Assembly: GCA_013265495.1 (NCBI GenBank)
Contig: MU058059.1
Span: 3,449,502-3,513,501 of the forward strand
Reading direction: 5' to 3'
Length of the DNA: 64,000 bases
DNA from: Vicugna vicugna
Lineage: Eukaryota
Part shown: positions 11,410 to 24,375 of the stretch, in pieces
Numbering within the stretch: position 1 is the stretch's first letter
Layout of the letters: each line of letters starts with the position of its first letter
The notes under the pieces: model-generated
The model's database searches: none
What the model was told of the DNA's origin: nothing
What the model saw: only the letters and a program-made list of their open reading frames with translations
Made by a program: the position numbers and the translations under genes

Positions 11410-13494
11410 TATGCATTACGCTTCTAAGAAGCATCTGTGTTTATCTTTGGGCGTGCCGAGGCGACGTCAGGTGGTAGCCTTTCTGATCCTCTCCCCTTCC
11501 GCACCGGGGAGATGTAGAGAAATGTCCGTCTTCACGAAATTAAACGATATTGCTCTTTTTGATAAGGTTCACATGCAAGACACACAGTATCTGAACGGAA
11601 TTCATCAATTGTGAGGAATGTTCTCAAGCCAAGGGAGGAGCAAATTCCCTAGACGGCCCCCAAAGCTGCTTGTCTCACCTTGGAGTCCTACAAACCAAGG
11701 AACAGGGCAGGGCTATTCGCTATTTAAATGACACAAGCAATGGGAACTTGCCCCCAATAATAAACTCAGAACAGAGGGGTGGGGGGTTGCAAGAACAGTG
11801 GGGCCCTAACCCTATCTCTGCCACTTGTCAGCTGTGGGACCTTAATCCACTGATTTGTTCGCTGAGAAAAACCATGTAATTCTTAAGGGCTCATACCTGC
11901 CAGGCACCTAGTTTACAAAAGAGACTTAAAAGTTTTCTTTTGTAAAGTAGGAGTCACGCTCACACACCTGCCCACTGTTGAGGACCATGTGCTGGGAACC
12001 TCCAGAAACTCTGGGTCCTCCTCTTTGCCCCCTGATGGTGAGCTCTCCACAACTGTGACCTCTCTCAGTGTGACCTCCCGAAATTTAGGCATTTTGAGAG
12101 CCCCCGAGATACAAAGTGGTCCAAGTGCCAGGACCTGCTTCCATGGCTACAAGACACTGAACTCACAAAGCCACTCTAAAGATCCTCCAGCTGGGGACCC
12201 GCCCTGTGCGAGGCTGGACACGGTTTCCTCTGTCCTCCTCACCCTTGCCAGTTGCAGAGAATCAGCTGACATGATCACAAAGTAAAGCTCTCACTGCAGC
12301 CCCCACAAAACCTCTAACTAACTTAGTGGGATCACAACTGTTTCCTGAATTGAAGCAAGCACCCTCAGCCTTCACACTTTCAAGCAATTACTGTCAAAAG
12401 GCACTGGCAACTGCTTTTAAGAAGGTACCAAAAAATGTTCTCTCCTGTGGCCTGTCCTCCCCTTTGTTTGAAACAAAGTCTCTTGAATTAAGCGTGGCCT
12501 GAACATTTTCCATATCAGGCTGACTCCATCTAGAAATAAAATTACAAATCAAAACTTTTTTTTATCGATGTGTAGTTGATTTACAATGTTAGTTTAAACA
12601 TACACCATAACTTTACACCACAATGAAACATTAGCTGAAAAAACAATTACAATTTATTTCCATAGAAAAGACGTTTAGTGGTACAATTAAGGAGAAAGAT
12701 GTGAAAGGCTAAATCCTTACCTTCCTGAAATCGTATCGTTTTAGTGAAGTCTTTTGTAAATAGAGGCCAACGCAGCCATCTGGAGACCAGTTATAATAAA
12801 GCAAGACCACAGGTTTTATTCCTACCTGGGGTCCGAGTACCCGGATCTGCAGCTACAGATGCTCCTTCACCCCAAGCAGCTGCCGGTCACTAGAGGGGCC
12901 CAGCCAGACCGTGGGCCTGCAGCTGTGCAGACCTCCGTGAGTGCAAAGTCTGCCTTTGGCTGGCGGACTCATAGCACTTTCTTTGTATTCTCATAAGCGG
13001 AGCCTCATTCCTTTATCATATAAAGTGATTAGGACATGAGCAGTCTTCACACAGCCGGTAGGTTACCCAGCCTCAGAGATACCGCAGTCGGGGCGAGACA
13101 GCTCCTCCCATGTGGATGTGTATAAACCCTGGACCAGCCCAGCACACCCAGCGTCCTCATGAGTGATGTATTTCCTGATTTCTCAACTTCCCCAAATCAA
13201 AAGTCACTGACAAACCTAAATAGGTAATTAGTATGGGTGAAATCTTTCTGCAGAGAAATCAGGGTGCTAGAGTGAAGAACAAGTTTAACCTGAATATAAT
13301 CGAGTTCTAACATCTAACTCCCAGATTACTGGAAACACAGAGAAGCAAGGAGCGAGTTACCCAGTTTCTGGAGAAAATGGGAGATTAAACAGGGCAGCGG
13401 TCACACCAACAATGAGTGTCAAGCAGGGAAGAGGAGCACTGTTCTAAGGGAAAGGGAACATTTCATTTTTTTTACACAACCAAATGTAAGGCAT

Positions 13495-13850
13495 AACCTC
13501 GACTGGAGTTTGGTTTGAGTAAGCCAGCTGTCAAAAACAATATGGTGCAGTCGTGGAAATCTGAATATAATAGACTGGTCTGAGTTGATTGACGGGGAAT
13601 CACTGCTAATTAGGCTTGAGGTAATAAAGCTGCTACAGTCACGTAAGAAAACATTCTTATTTTTTAGAAGTACATTCTAGGTATTTAAAGATGAAATGAC
13701 ACATCTGTTAAAGAAAAAACTTCTCAGCCAAAGAAAAGAAAAGAGGAAGCCAATGTACTGAATATTAACTGCTAAATCCAGGTAATGTGTAGTTTACACT
13801 ATATTCTTCTCTGTACTTTTCTGATGCCCGGAATTTTTTTCAAAGGTTAA
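13495..13850 (+). mobile_element. Ancient LINE-1 (L1MC/ME-type) 3' UTR fragment
   Basis: GAAATCTGAATAT...TTCTTATTTTTTAGAAGTACATTCTAGGTATTTAAAGATGAAATGAC. Confidence 0.65.
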
Positions 13851-13879
13851 AAATGTACTAGATTTCACATTTTTGTTTA

Positions 13880-14030
13880 AACAGTTTCCTGGCTTTCTCA
13901 TTTATTAGCTGAATTAATTTGCACAAGTTATTTAAATTCTCTGAGCCTCTGACTCCTCATTTGTAAATTGGTGATAAGGACAAATTCCAAATGGAGATTT
14001 AATATCATGTATATGAAAGTACTTCATAAA
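13880..14030 (+). mobile_element. MIR SINE
   Basis: CAAGTTATTTAAATTCTCTGAGCCTCTGACTCCTCATTTGTAAATTGG core. Confidence 0.75.
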
Positions 14031-14143
14031 TGCACAAAGTTCACAGTTTTGTCCTTCTGGCTTATACACACAGCTTTTAAAAGACTTGAAATGAACCTTG
14101 GATCGCGAAGAGGTTCAGCAATTCTCAAAGTGTTGCAGGTACT

Positions 14144-14550
14144 TGTATTAAACAGGGTTCTCCAGAGGAGCGGAATCCATAGTGTGTGTCTGTATAACTG
14201 TATCTATTACCTAGATATCTGTCCAGAGAGACCAGAGGAAGATTTATTTTAAGGAACTGGCCACTGTGGAGGCTGGCAAGTCCAAATCTGCAGGGCCAGA
14301 GACCCAGGGAAGCTACTGATTCAAATTTCTTTTTAGTAAATTTATTTATTTATTTATTGCAGTGGAGGTACTGGGAATTGAATCCAGGCCCTTGTGCATG
14401 CTAAGCACACACTTTACTACTGAGCTATACCCTCCCCCAATGTAAATGTTAATCTCATCTAAAAAATACCTTCACAGCAACATCTATAATAATGTTTGGC
14501 CAAATGTCTGGATACCATGGTGTAGGCTGACACATAAAATTAACCATCAC
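14144..14550 (-). mobile_element. MLT2 (ERVL) solo LTR interrupted by a SINE
   Basis: TGTATTA..CAGGGTTCTCCAGAG at one end and TGACACATAAAATTAACCATCAC at the other. Confidence 0.85.
14325..14438 (-). mobile_element. tRNA-Ala-derived SINE (Vic-1-like)
   Basis: (TTTA)n tail then GGAGGTACTGGGAATTGAATCCAGG...TGAGCTATACCCTCCCC. Confidence 0.92.
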
Positions 14551-14789
14551 CATGTTTAATAAATAATTGATTAATGAGATATGTCATATTTTGTTCTGTA
14601 CAGTTCTGTGCAGTTGCCCCAGATTGACCTGCTGGTGGTGCCATTCTGAGTCATTCACGTCACAGCTTTCCAACCAGCAAGCAATGTTTAGGGGTTAAAA
14701 AAATACTCCTAAGTGTAATATGTGCCTCTCCTATAACTTCTTATCTAAAATCTATCCTCAAACAGAATATAGTAAGTGCCTTCTTTTCC

Positions 14790-14912
14790 ATGATGGGAAT
14801 GTAAGACCCATGAGAACAAGGGTCCTTCTGTCCCTGCACTGCAGTAACCTTGGTAACTGTAGCCTTGGTAATGAGGGTGATGCCTGGCAGACGCAGGGCA
14901 CTCAGCAGATAG
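14790..14912 (+). mobile_element. L2 LINE 3' end
   Basis: GAATGTAAGACCCATGAGAACAAGG...TGCCTGGCAGACGCAGGGCACTCAG. Confidence 0.6.
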
Positions 14913-16058
14913 TAAGGAATGAAGCCATGACGAGGACATGGAGCAGATGTCAAAAGTACAGTCAGTCAGTGTGATCAGGACACCACAAACATATATTCTG
15001 TGATGAAACTTGGCACCAGTCCACATGCACAGAAGAAATTCCATTTGTTTCATTGGAAACATTTCGCTTCTTGCCCAGACACTTGGAGACCAGGGTTATT
15101 GAAGTAGCAATTGTTCAGCAAAACGTGAAGATCAGGTCCAAATATATTCTGCATGGACTCTTTCTTATGGATGGAATGACGTGCCGAACACTGACATAAT
15201 TTAACTGTTTCCAGTAAGAATTCTCAGGGGGGGAGCCCTGGGGTGCACCAGTGGGCAACTGTAGGGGGCGTGAGACTGCCTTTCCCAAAATATCTCCCCG
15301 TCATCTCAGGGCATAAAATGCCTGCTGTGCTCCTGCTGGGGTCTAGGCCTTAAATCTTCAGAGGATTTCCACTTTCCAGCATTCTCTGTCAAAACGCAAG
15401 TGCCTCACAGTATGTGAATGCCATCATTGTGAAGTAGCATGTGAAAATTGTCATTTCAGTAATCAACTCGAGTAGCAGACATGCCACATTTTTTTCCTTC
15501 GCGAAGACTCTTCCCAATTCTGACAATTCCGAAACCTCCACCATCAGTCCTGCCCTCGTAACCGTAGAGGAGTCCAACCCCATGAAGGACCCAGAGTCTA
15601 CACTTAGTGCTTTTCCCTTTCCCCCTTTCACACGTGGTTAGACTTACGCTGGGGTAGTCTAATTGCTTCCACCCTCTTTGAGGGGAGGAGTGTTCCAAAC
15701 TCCCCCCCCACCCCGGGAAGGCGTGAGCACTGCGGAATGCCGTCGGATGGCTTTCCGATGACGTGTCCCTGGTGGTTGCCAGGCTGTCACCCCTGTGTTT
15801 ACACACTTGTATAAAAATGACCGAAGAGGGGAAGAACGAGCACCAGCACCGCAGGGAGGGTGATCATTTTCATAAACCTGTTCGCTTTCTCTTTCATCAG
15901 TCCTGCCAAAGTCAAAGCCACATACTCAACAGACAACAGCACAGGACCAAGAAATGTTCAGATACATTCACAGTTGTACTCTTGGATTCTTGTAGAATTT
16001 TATCATTTGAGCAGATACTACACTGGAAAATGTAATTTTAAAAATAAATAAGCCCTTC

Positions 16059-16193
16059 GGGGGAGGGTATAGCTCAAGTGGTAGAGTGCATGCTTAGCAC
16101 GCATGAGGTTCTGGGTTCAATCCCCGGTACTTCCTCTAAGAATAAATATGTAAATAAACCTAATTACCTCCTCCTACCAAAAAAAAAAAAAAA
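16059..16193 (+). mobile_element. tRNA-Ala-derived SINE (Vic-1-like), full length with poly-A
   Basis: GGGGAGGGTATAGCTCAAGTGGTAGAG...GGGTTCAATCCCC...A-tail. Confidence 0.95.
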
Positions 16194-16521
16194 GCCTCAC
16201 ACCTGTAGGAATAGTTCAATGTTCCCAGTTGTTTGTTAAGGTCTATTATGAATGTATGTACCTCGTAAAACCTGTTATCTAAGTTATAGCCTCAAGATGA
16301 TACACAACAACTTGCATTTTGACTAGAAAAACTCCTTTTTGGTTCCCTTTTGTGGACAAAATTTTACAATATATACTAGTTTTAAAATCACTTGAGATAC
16401 AAAAGATTTAATAGTGATAAAGTCGTATTCTATGAGAAAAGAACATTCATGCCCAAATTTTTCCTTTTTTTTTTTTTTGGTAACAGAGACATTGGAAATT
16501 GACAGAAAAAAGTGCCTTATC

Positions 16522-16617
16522 TTTTTAAAAAAATTATTTTAATGGAGGTACTGGAGACTGAACCCAGGACCTCGTGCATGCTAGGCACACGCTCTACCAC
16601 TGAGCTATTCCCTCCCC
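16522..16617 (-). mobile_element. tRNA-Ala-derived SINE (Vic-1-like)
   Basis: GGAGGTACTGGAGACTGAACCCAGGACCTCGTGCATGCTAGGCACACGCTCTACCACTGAGCTATTCCCTCCCC. Confidence 0.93.
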
Positions 16618-16689
16618 TCTGTTCGCTGTATCTTTGATGCAGCCAGAAGCACTACAATAACATGTTCTCTGCGGCAGCTCCTAAGCACA

Positions 16690-16760
16690 CATCTCAGGTT
16701 GTGGTGAAGACTAAATGGAACGATGTATTCAAGTTTCCAGCACACTGCCTGGCATATTTC
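16690..16760 (+). mobile_element. MIR fragment
   Basis: GGTTGTGGTGAAGACTAAATG...AGCACACTGCCTGGCATA. Confidence 0.6.
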
Positions 16761-18283
16761 ACTCTCCAACTGTTAGTTTCTCTTCCTTATCCTAAGGGAA
16801 CCGAATTTGTATATGGAAGATCTGAGAAGTACAATGACTACACAGATGGGAATTTTTAGGAAGCAGGCAAAATTCTGCTGTTGCAGGTCAAGCAGTTTTC
16901 TTCTGTTTGTATTTTAAATGAAATCAAATCTATTAAAACGTTTTCTATAAAGAGACTGAAACCCTTTCCCTCCCTCTTCGAAGAAGGCCAACCTCTTCCA
17001 AGAACGGACTATTTAGTTGCAGCGTTAAGATCGTGTACGTATAGCCCATTTGTCAAGATAAAGAACACACCGTGTGCTACGTGCTCAAAGGCGCATCTAT
17101 ACAGCAAGCGTGCCAGTGATCAGCATGACTGACGTTATTCGCTAGGCAGAATACAGCCACCTTTTCCTCCAAACCGATACTGTTGTTTTGAGAAATGATG
17201 CTCTTCAGAAGTTTAATAAATCACTCAGAATTAACATATCCATCGTAAATCAACAAGGAAACATGCTGTTCTTTAAAAATCTGAAACAATTTTAGAGTAG
17301 AATAACAAATGTCCTTGTTACATGCTGATATACAAAGCCACAGGCATTTGAGGACATCGCTTGCCTTCTGTTGTTTTTGTGTCACACTTCCTTTCATAGT
17401 AGATTTTCGGTGTGGCTCTATTCTGATGGAGGTGTAATCCCTTACAAACTTACTGTGTTTCCTAGCAAATCACTTCACGAAATAAAGGTGTGAAACCTTA
17501 CTGGCCAATCCGGTGTTGCCTCATTTTATAAAGACACCGAGTTACCAGGGCCCCTCTGACACAAGCGATCACTGCTCCCCCACTGGCCAGCCCCCAGGCT
17601 CTGCTTCCAGAACTCAGGCCCATCAAGGTCAGAGCTGCACTTGCTGGCAGTTACCTCAGTGATTTCAAGACACCCATCTTTTAGAATGTTCAAAAAATGG
17701 AAGCTCCCAGTATGAGATTCTCTCAAATAACAGATTAAAACAAATCAAGCTAGGTGCCACGGTCTCAGTTTCTATAAGATAAAGCCCAGGTACTACCATG
17801 GATGACACACTGGCACCAGCATGCTGTCACTCGGGACACCAGAACCAAGCAGGCGTATCCAACAGAACCTTGACGCGGGGCCTTTCGGAGCGGGTGCTGC
17901 TGTTCGGCGTTCACAGCTGTCCTTCCTGATCTGTCCTCTATTACGCTCTTCCTGTGACCTGCTGCGCTTGCTTACGCATCTTCCTCTTGTTTAAAGCCTG
18001 GCGGACGGTGCTTCTTGGCACAACTGAATCTGCTTTTTGTGAAGACTGCAGAAGCCCACCGCGCTCGGGCACCCAGGACGAGTAAGCTGGGTCTCTCCTG
18101 TGCCTCGTTCACCCCTTCTGGCCTGCAGAACATGGATGCTTGGCACCAATGAGCTTTGGGAAAGCCCGGTGGTCACGAGCCGTCCTGAGGGCCATTAGGC
18201 TGCCATGGGACACCGTCCTGCGAAATCTCAGCATGCAGGGAGAATATTATGAGCAACACGGTTGCTCCCCTTTCTCTTGTCAG

Positions 18284-18418
18284 AAAGTCAAACTGAAGCT
18301 GACTCAGAGCCGGCAGCGAGTAGAAAGCAGCTGGAGAAGCCCAGGAGGACATCCCCGCAGCCACCCCAGCCCCTCCTGGCTCCCGCAAATGGCGACCTGC
18401 ACGGATGCCATGGAAGCA
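18284..18418 (+). other. Candidate 135-nt exon
   Basis: Acceptor TTGCTCCCCTTTCTCTTGTCAG and donor GCA|GTGAGT; open in two frames. Confidence 0.35.
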
Positions 18419-20034
18419 GTGAGTGTGCGGCTGGCCACCACGTCCTGATGCCTGGGGACCGAAGTCCAGCCCCACTGGCGTGTGGGTGTGGGGGGAGGGG
18501 AGTACCAACGAGCGCCCGGAGCAGCTCTGACTCCACGCACAGGACAGGCGGCGCTCACGACGATACTGTGAAGACGACCACCCCCAAGGACAGGAAATTG
18601 ATGAGAAAGTTGAACCTTAGCGAGATTAAGTAGCTCGCCTGACTTTGCAGAGTTAACAAGAGCCAGATCTGGTCATGAAGCCTCCAACAGCTTTCACCCC
18701 GAGGAACGTGACTAGGGTAACGGAAAAGGCAGAGGACTTCAGACGCAGAGTTTAGGGGGCGCCTACTTCCCTCACCCATCACCTCTCCTTCCCCTGTTTC
18801 CTTTGTTTTTTTCACTCTCTAGCGCCTTCGGTGTTGAAACAAAATCTACCCACTCAAGGTGTCTGGACCTGCCTGTCCTCATCTGTAGACGGAGGGGGCA
18901 AGATGACCCAAGGGCAGGCTGTTGTGACGGGGCCCCCACACGGCCCTGCTTTCCTGTGGCCTAGCTGGGTGCTTGCGCTCTCCCTGCGGCGCCGACTCGG
19001 TGCTGCTCGTTCGGACTCACAGAGCCCCTCCGTGGGTCACTCATCGTACCCCCGCAATACTGTTTAACACAGTCTCAACTGGGTAGGTGCTTACCTAGCT
19101 CTTTTCTTGTTCCTAAAAACGTGTGGAATGTCTCTCTTCTTTAACCAGTGCCATTTCGTTGCAGACCACTTCAGAGCGAAAGAATGTTCTGGTAATGGCT
19201 TACAGACAAAGTGATTCAGCCCTGTGACCGTGACCCTGCGGTGCCTTATCTTGGTCTTATTAACTGTCCCTGAACCACACCTGTCCTTGTTCAAACTAGT
19301 AGGAGGGGCCTCGGGCCAGAACTCTCTCTTTAGGAGTGTTAACAAGGCATAAAAAGGGAATTAATCCCACTGACTCCCCACGAGGCCGGCGGGGATAAAA
19401 ACTCGGGAGACCCACCCCTACCAGGGAAGTGCTGATTCCCTTTCGGAAAAGTTGCTGACCTAAGAAAATGACACGGGCCAATCTAAGTGCTCTTTGGGTT
19501 TTTGATAATTGGATTTTACTTATTTTTTTCACTTTTGATTTCATTTTGAGAATTAAAGAAGTTACCCTTTTATTCTCAGCAGTTGGACGGGTTCCAGTGC
19601 AACCCTGCCCCAGACGTGGTAGTAAAAGATATTTACACAGAACAAGGATGTTGTTGGATCTGTGGGTCAGTGTTAAATCTCTGGTAGCTCACTTTTTGTG
19701 AGAGCGACTGAATGACTGGTATATCAAGGCCTGTTATGTTTAATAATCGTATGATCCTACACACTCAAAAGTACAGCCTGAAGATGGTCGTTCAACCGAC
19801 TCATGTTTACTAAGCTCCTACTCTGCACAAGCCCCACTGTTCATCACTGTGGAGGACACAAAAACAGGGCTGTGACTCCTTCTTAAAGAAGCCTAACCGC
19901 TTCTGGACTGGGCTGAGGTGGGGGAGGTGGTGAACAAATGCGCCATCATAGGGCACATGTGATACAATGAACTCCCAGATGAAGAACGTAAACCCGTGAC
20001 CTAGAAGCTCAGAAAAGAGACGGACCTGACAAAC

Positions 20035-20330
20035 TTCATTCACTCAACCAATGAGTATTTCTGGACAAATGTTCAGGTGCTGAGGAGATTCAAGATGAAC
20101 AAAAAAAGGTCCCTGCCACCGGACTTGCAGTAAAGCAGACAGGCTCACTCATGTACACAAGTAACTGTAATCCAGGGAAGAAGGTGATAACGTGTTACAA
20201 GAGATGGAGAGATAAATGTGCTGCAGTTTCAGAACCACGGGCTACCAGCTTGGATCCGATTCAGGAAGACTTTATACAGCAGGTATTTGGACTAGGTCTT
20301 GGAGGGCGGGCAGGGTCTGCACAGATGGAG
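20035..20330 (-). mobile_element. L2 LINE 3' region
   Basis: TTCATTCACTCAAC...CAGGTGCTGAGGAGAT...ATGAACAAAA..GGTCCCTGCC. Confidence 0.6.
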
Positions 20331-22436
20331 GTGATTAAAACCATCCCCGTCAATGGTACACAGATAGTGTCTTCTGAAGTTGGACACTGGTATTGGGAAC
20401 ATATTTTGCATACAAAGAATATTCTGCCTGGTCTTTGTCTTTCCCGGTCTGTCCACAAAAGCTCATTTAACCCACAATGCACGTGAGAAATATTATAAAT
20501 ATGTGCTTTCAACTACACGTAGATATTATGTCAGGGTTCCTACGGGAAAATTTCGGCTGTTCACATGTTTGAGGCTGGGCACACACTCCTGCCCCACCAA
20601 GGGATCAGGGACCCCTCAGCTTCCCTCCCAGACCTCTCAGGTCCTCCAGCCAACAGGCGAGGAGAGCGAAGGCTTCTGTGATGGGGAGATTTGCAAGAGA
20701 GGATTCAGGTTGTGGGGCCTGGAGCTTTCATAACTCCTGGGGGGCTCTGTTTAGAAAAATAATTTAACAGTCACTTACTTTTTCCAATTTTACGAAAACA
20801 TAAGTCTGTGAGAACATACTGGGAGGGCACCTCCCAGGGCCTTGCAAGTGTTTAAGCAAATAGAGACCCTGATGTTGAAGCTTCTTTAACTCTATGGAAA
20901 ATCCAGCTCTGAGAGTGGAAAGCTTGGCTATCTGGAGCCCGTTTATTCTCTGTGCTTCACTCCGCACTGCCCCTGGGATAGATGCTGAGAGGAGCATGGC
21001 AGGGGTGGGATGACGCCTGGTGTGGCCGGCAGGAGCTGGACAGACTGGCGCCGGTGTTCCAGAATGTTCCATAATCAATACCGGTAGGTGACTCCATCTT
21101 TTTGGTCTCGAGGTTGTTCATTTGTAAAAAATGAGGAAACCGTCCTTCTCATTTGTAATACTGCCACCTTCAGAGGACAGTTTCCATGAAACGTCTCCCT
21201 GGTTTGCCGTGAGTCTTCAACAATGTGGGGGGATGAGTCATCTGGAAATTGCCAAGCGACCTAGTCCAAATAGCTTTGCAAAACCCACTTCCTGCTTATA
21301 ACTCGAGTTCACTTGTCTCCACACCTGAGACAAAGAAAGGACTGCAGAGATGCGGTCAGTGCTGGCCGGAGAGTCAGGCACTGTGGACATGGTGGACGCA
21401 TGGACACGCAGGGCCTCTGTAAATTGTGAGATGCGGTGCACATGGGCACTAGTGACTGTCCAAGTCCGGCTCTCAGAGATGCTGTCCAGGTCCTCCCCCC
21501 GCCGCTGGCCAATGACCACATCTCCGAAGGGAAGGGAAATCAGACCCCTGGGAGGGACCAGAGAAGCAGGATGGGCGAGGGAGTGGGGGTGAGGGAGCAA
21601 GGGTAGTTCTATTTCAGACTGGTTAGGTAGAGTCCTCACCTCTTACAGATACAGAAACATTTACAGATGAAGTGGTAACAGTGTCTGGGACTCGCTGCCC
21701 CGGGGGCACAACAGCTGGGAGTGCAAGTAAACTGGCCATCTCTCGTCTTCGGTCTGTGTCTTAAATTTTTCATAGTAAAAAGATTAAAAATGACCAGTGT
21801 GATAAAATCACTTGTTCTGGAACCGGGCAAATGTCAATGTGTGTCCCTTGCTGTGTCCCCTGCCGCCCTGCCAGCAAGGCTAACCCAAGTAGCATCTCCC
21901 ACATGTATCTCTCTCCTGGAATGGCTCCTGCCCCTCGGGGAGCGTGCAGGAGGCATCTTGGATGAGGTGGCTGGTCCCTGTTCGGCGCCCGAATCTGCTG
22001 TCTTTGTTTTGTTCCTTCTCGGGCTCGCCTTGAGCTCAGGATGCTGTGTGGTCTGGTTCCTGGTCTCCCACCCCTGCTTGGCCGGCTGCCTGGCCGAGGT
22101 CTCCAGGACCCACGTGTCCCTGACTTTCTCACTTCTGTTTTGAATTTGGAGCCTGGTGCTTGAGCACCTCCCAGGCTCAATCTAGTTTCATTCCTGGTCC
22201 TGATTTTCCCCTCTTTGTCTCAGCTGGGGCACCTCGCCCTGTCCCCGTCACCCACTGGTGCTCACAGCTCCATGAAAGACAGAACAACTGTATTTTCCAA
22301 CTCAAAAGAATAACGTGCATTTCATTTTGCAGTACTTTTATTATGGAATTTGAAATCTACTTTCTTTAGCTTTACGCTGATCAGCTTCAGCCATCCTGAT
22401 GAAACCGTCGCAGCAAATCTCTGAGGCATTAGAGTA

Positions 22437-22935
22437 CGTACCGTCTCCTTATCTCTTCTTGCTGCTGGTACAGCTTACCTCAAAATTAGTGGCTTGAAAA
22501 ACATGCATCTCTTCTCTTACAGTTCTGGAGGTCCGAAGCTGAAATGGGTCTTACTGATTACAATCAAGGTGTCAGCAGGGCTGAGTCCGTCTGGAGGCTC
22601 TGGGAGGGTCTGTTTCCTGGCCTTTCCCAGCTTCTAGAGCCCCTGCATTCACTGGCTCACAGTCCCTTCATCTATCTTCAGAGCCAGCAGTGTAGCATCC
22701 TCAAGGATCTCTCTGACTCTGACCCTTTCCACCTCCCTCTTCACTTTGAGACCCGTGTGATTATGCTGGGCCCACCTGCATAACCTAGAGCAGCTTTTTT
22801 AAGGGCAGCTGACCAGCCATCTTAATTCCATCTGTAACCTTCATCTGCCCACCCCTCGCCTTATATCCTGATGTATACACAGATTCCAGGGTTAGGATGT
22901 GGACAGCTTCTGGGGGGCATTATTCTGCCTACCAC
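22437..22935 (-). mobile_element. MLT1C/D-like MaLR solo LTR, near full length
   Basis: TCTTACAGTTCTGGAGG...AAGGTGTCAGCAGGGC...CCAGCTTCTAGAG...CATTATTCTGCCTACCAC. Confidence 0.9.
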
Positions 22936-23429
22936 GTACTGCATTAGAGATCAGATGTGACTTTAAGGAGATTCAGGGCAAAAGTTATCCCAAGAATGAA
23001 GTGGCTGGTTTAATAAAAACCATACAGATGACCAAGAAACCATTCAGTTAAATTTGTCTAAACAGATGGGTGACTGAACTGCACTGTGGTCCCCTCTCCA
23101 TCAGTTTCTGACTCAGCATCTCTTTCGGCTCCAGGTTTCCAGGAAGGCACTTGGTGATTCACGTGAACGCCTGATCTTTACGATGCTGCCTCTTGGATAA
23201 CAGACTGAATGATGTAAGCTCTTCATTTATTGCATTTGGCCCTGCACAACCCTGGACTTGCTCTCTGCTCAGCCTGGGGCCCCAACTGTGCTGCACGAGG
23301 GCGCGCCCTCAGTGTCCGACCCGGCAGCACTGGGGAGGGTGCAGGAGACCTTCAGGCTGAGAAGGAAATCCTGACACCCAAAGGCAAACAGCTTCTATCT
23401 TTTCAGCTTATTTTATCATTTATTTTTTC

Positions 23430-23530
23430 AGCAATTTTATAAATGAAGAAACGGAGGCCTCAGGACACTGGAGAACTTTACCAAGACATGAAGGTGGTGG
23501 TGTCAGAGACCAGAACCAGAAGCGGATCTT
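23430..23530 (-). mobile_element. MIR fragment
   Basis: ATTTTATAAATGAAGAAACGGAGGCCTCAG. Confidence 0.6.
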
Positions 23531-24016
23531 TGAGTGGCTAAACAGAGCCTACCTCATTTCTTCCCAAATCACCACTGGCAACATTTATAGTTCTGTTAGA
23601 AGAATTCTAGTTTTAAACAAGAAGGCCAGTGTCACTTGTGTGTTACCAGACTAGAGCCCTGTGATAACAGAAGAATAAAAGTCCTTTTTTCCAGAATTCT
23701 CAGCGAGATAAGGTGTGGGAAAGCAGAGCGAAGAGAAGTAACACAGTCAAGATCACAGTCAAGCCTGAATTCAGAATAAGCTCCTGTCACGTGCTCAGGC
23801 CAAGCTTAGGGAGGTGGCACGTCCTCCCTTGAGCTGTCCCAGACATGGTGCACGCCACAGAGGGGTGCAGCCCTCTCCCCAGATTCTGGTGCGAGGTGGG
23901 AGACACGTGTGGCCAGCTGCACCCCAGCACTGGTGGTCCCAGCTGCCGGTCCAAGGCAGCAACGGCACATAGACCCCTCAAGTCCTTCTCCCCTCACCCC
24001 TGCTTACGCCGCCTTA

Positions 24017-24100
24017 ACTCATTCATTCATTCATTCATTCTGTCAACAAACTCTTAGCGAGTACCTGCTCTGACGGTCAGTGCAGTAAAGACTGGAGAGA
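24017..24100 (-). mobile_element. L2 tail with (TTCA)n
   Basis: CATTCATTCATTCATTC..CAACAAAC..AGCGAGTACCTGCTCTG. Confidence 0.6.
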
Positions 24101-24169
24101 ATGAAACGGTGGATAACTTTACAGAGCCTACTGACCAATCAAGGTGTTCATGGTATGAAACTTTCATAC

Positions 24170-24375
24170 CCACTACTGCATACAGAATAGATGAATAACA
24201 AGGTCCTACTATAGAGCACAGGGCACACTGTATCCAATATCCTGCAATAACCTATCATGGAAAAGAAGCTGAAAAGAGTGTGTATATATATATATATATA
24301 CATAACTGAACCACTAATGCTGTACACTTGAAACTAACACAACACTGTAAATCAACAACACTACAATAAAAGAGA
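24170..24375 (+). mobile_element. LINE-1 3' UTR end (artiodactyl type) with (TA)n
   Basis: AACAAGGTCCTACTATAGAGCACAGGG...GCTGTACACTTGAAACTAACACAACACTGTAAATCAAC. Confidence 0.85.

Noticed and set aside
14980..16022. Processed pseudogene in the ~1 kb unique block
   Set aside because: The frames I translated gave no recognisable protein, and I saw no poly-A or TSD
16059..16133. Functional tRNA-Ala genes
   Set aside because: Extra 5' GGGGAG leader, A-rich tails, a TSD on at least one copy and scattered mismatches mark all copies as SINEs
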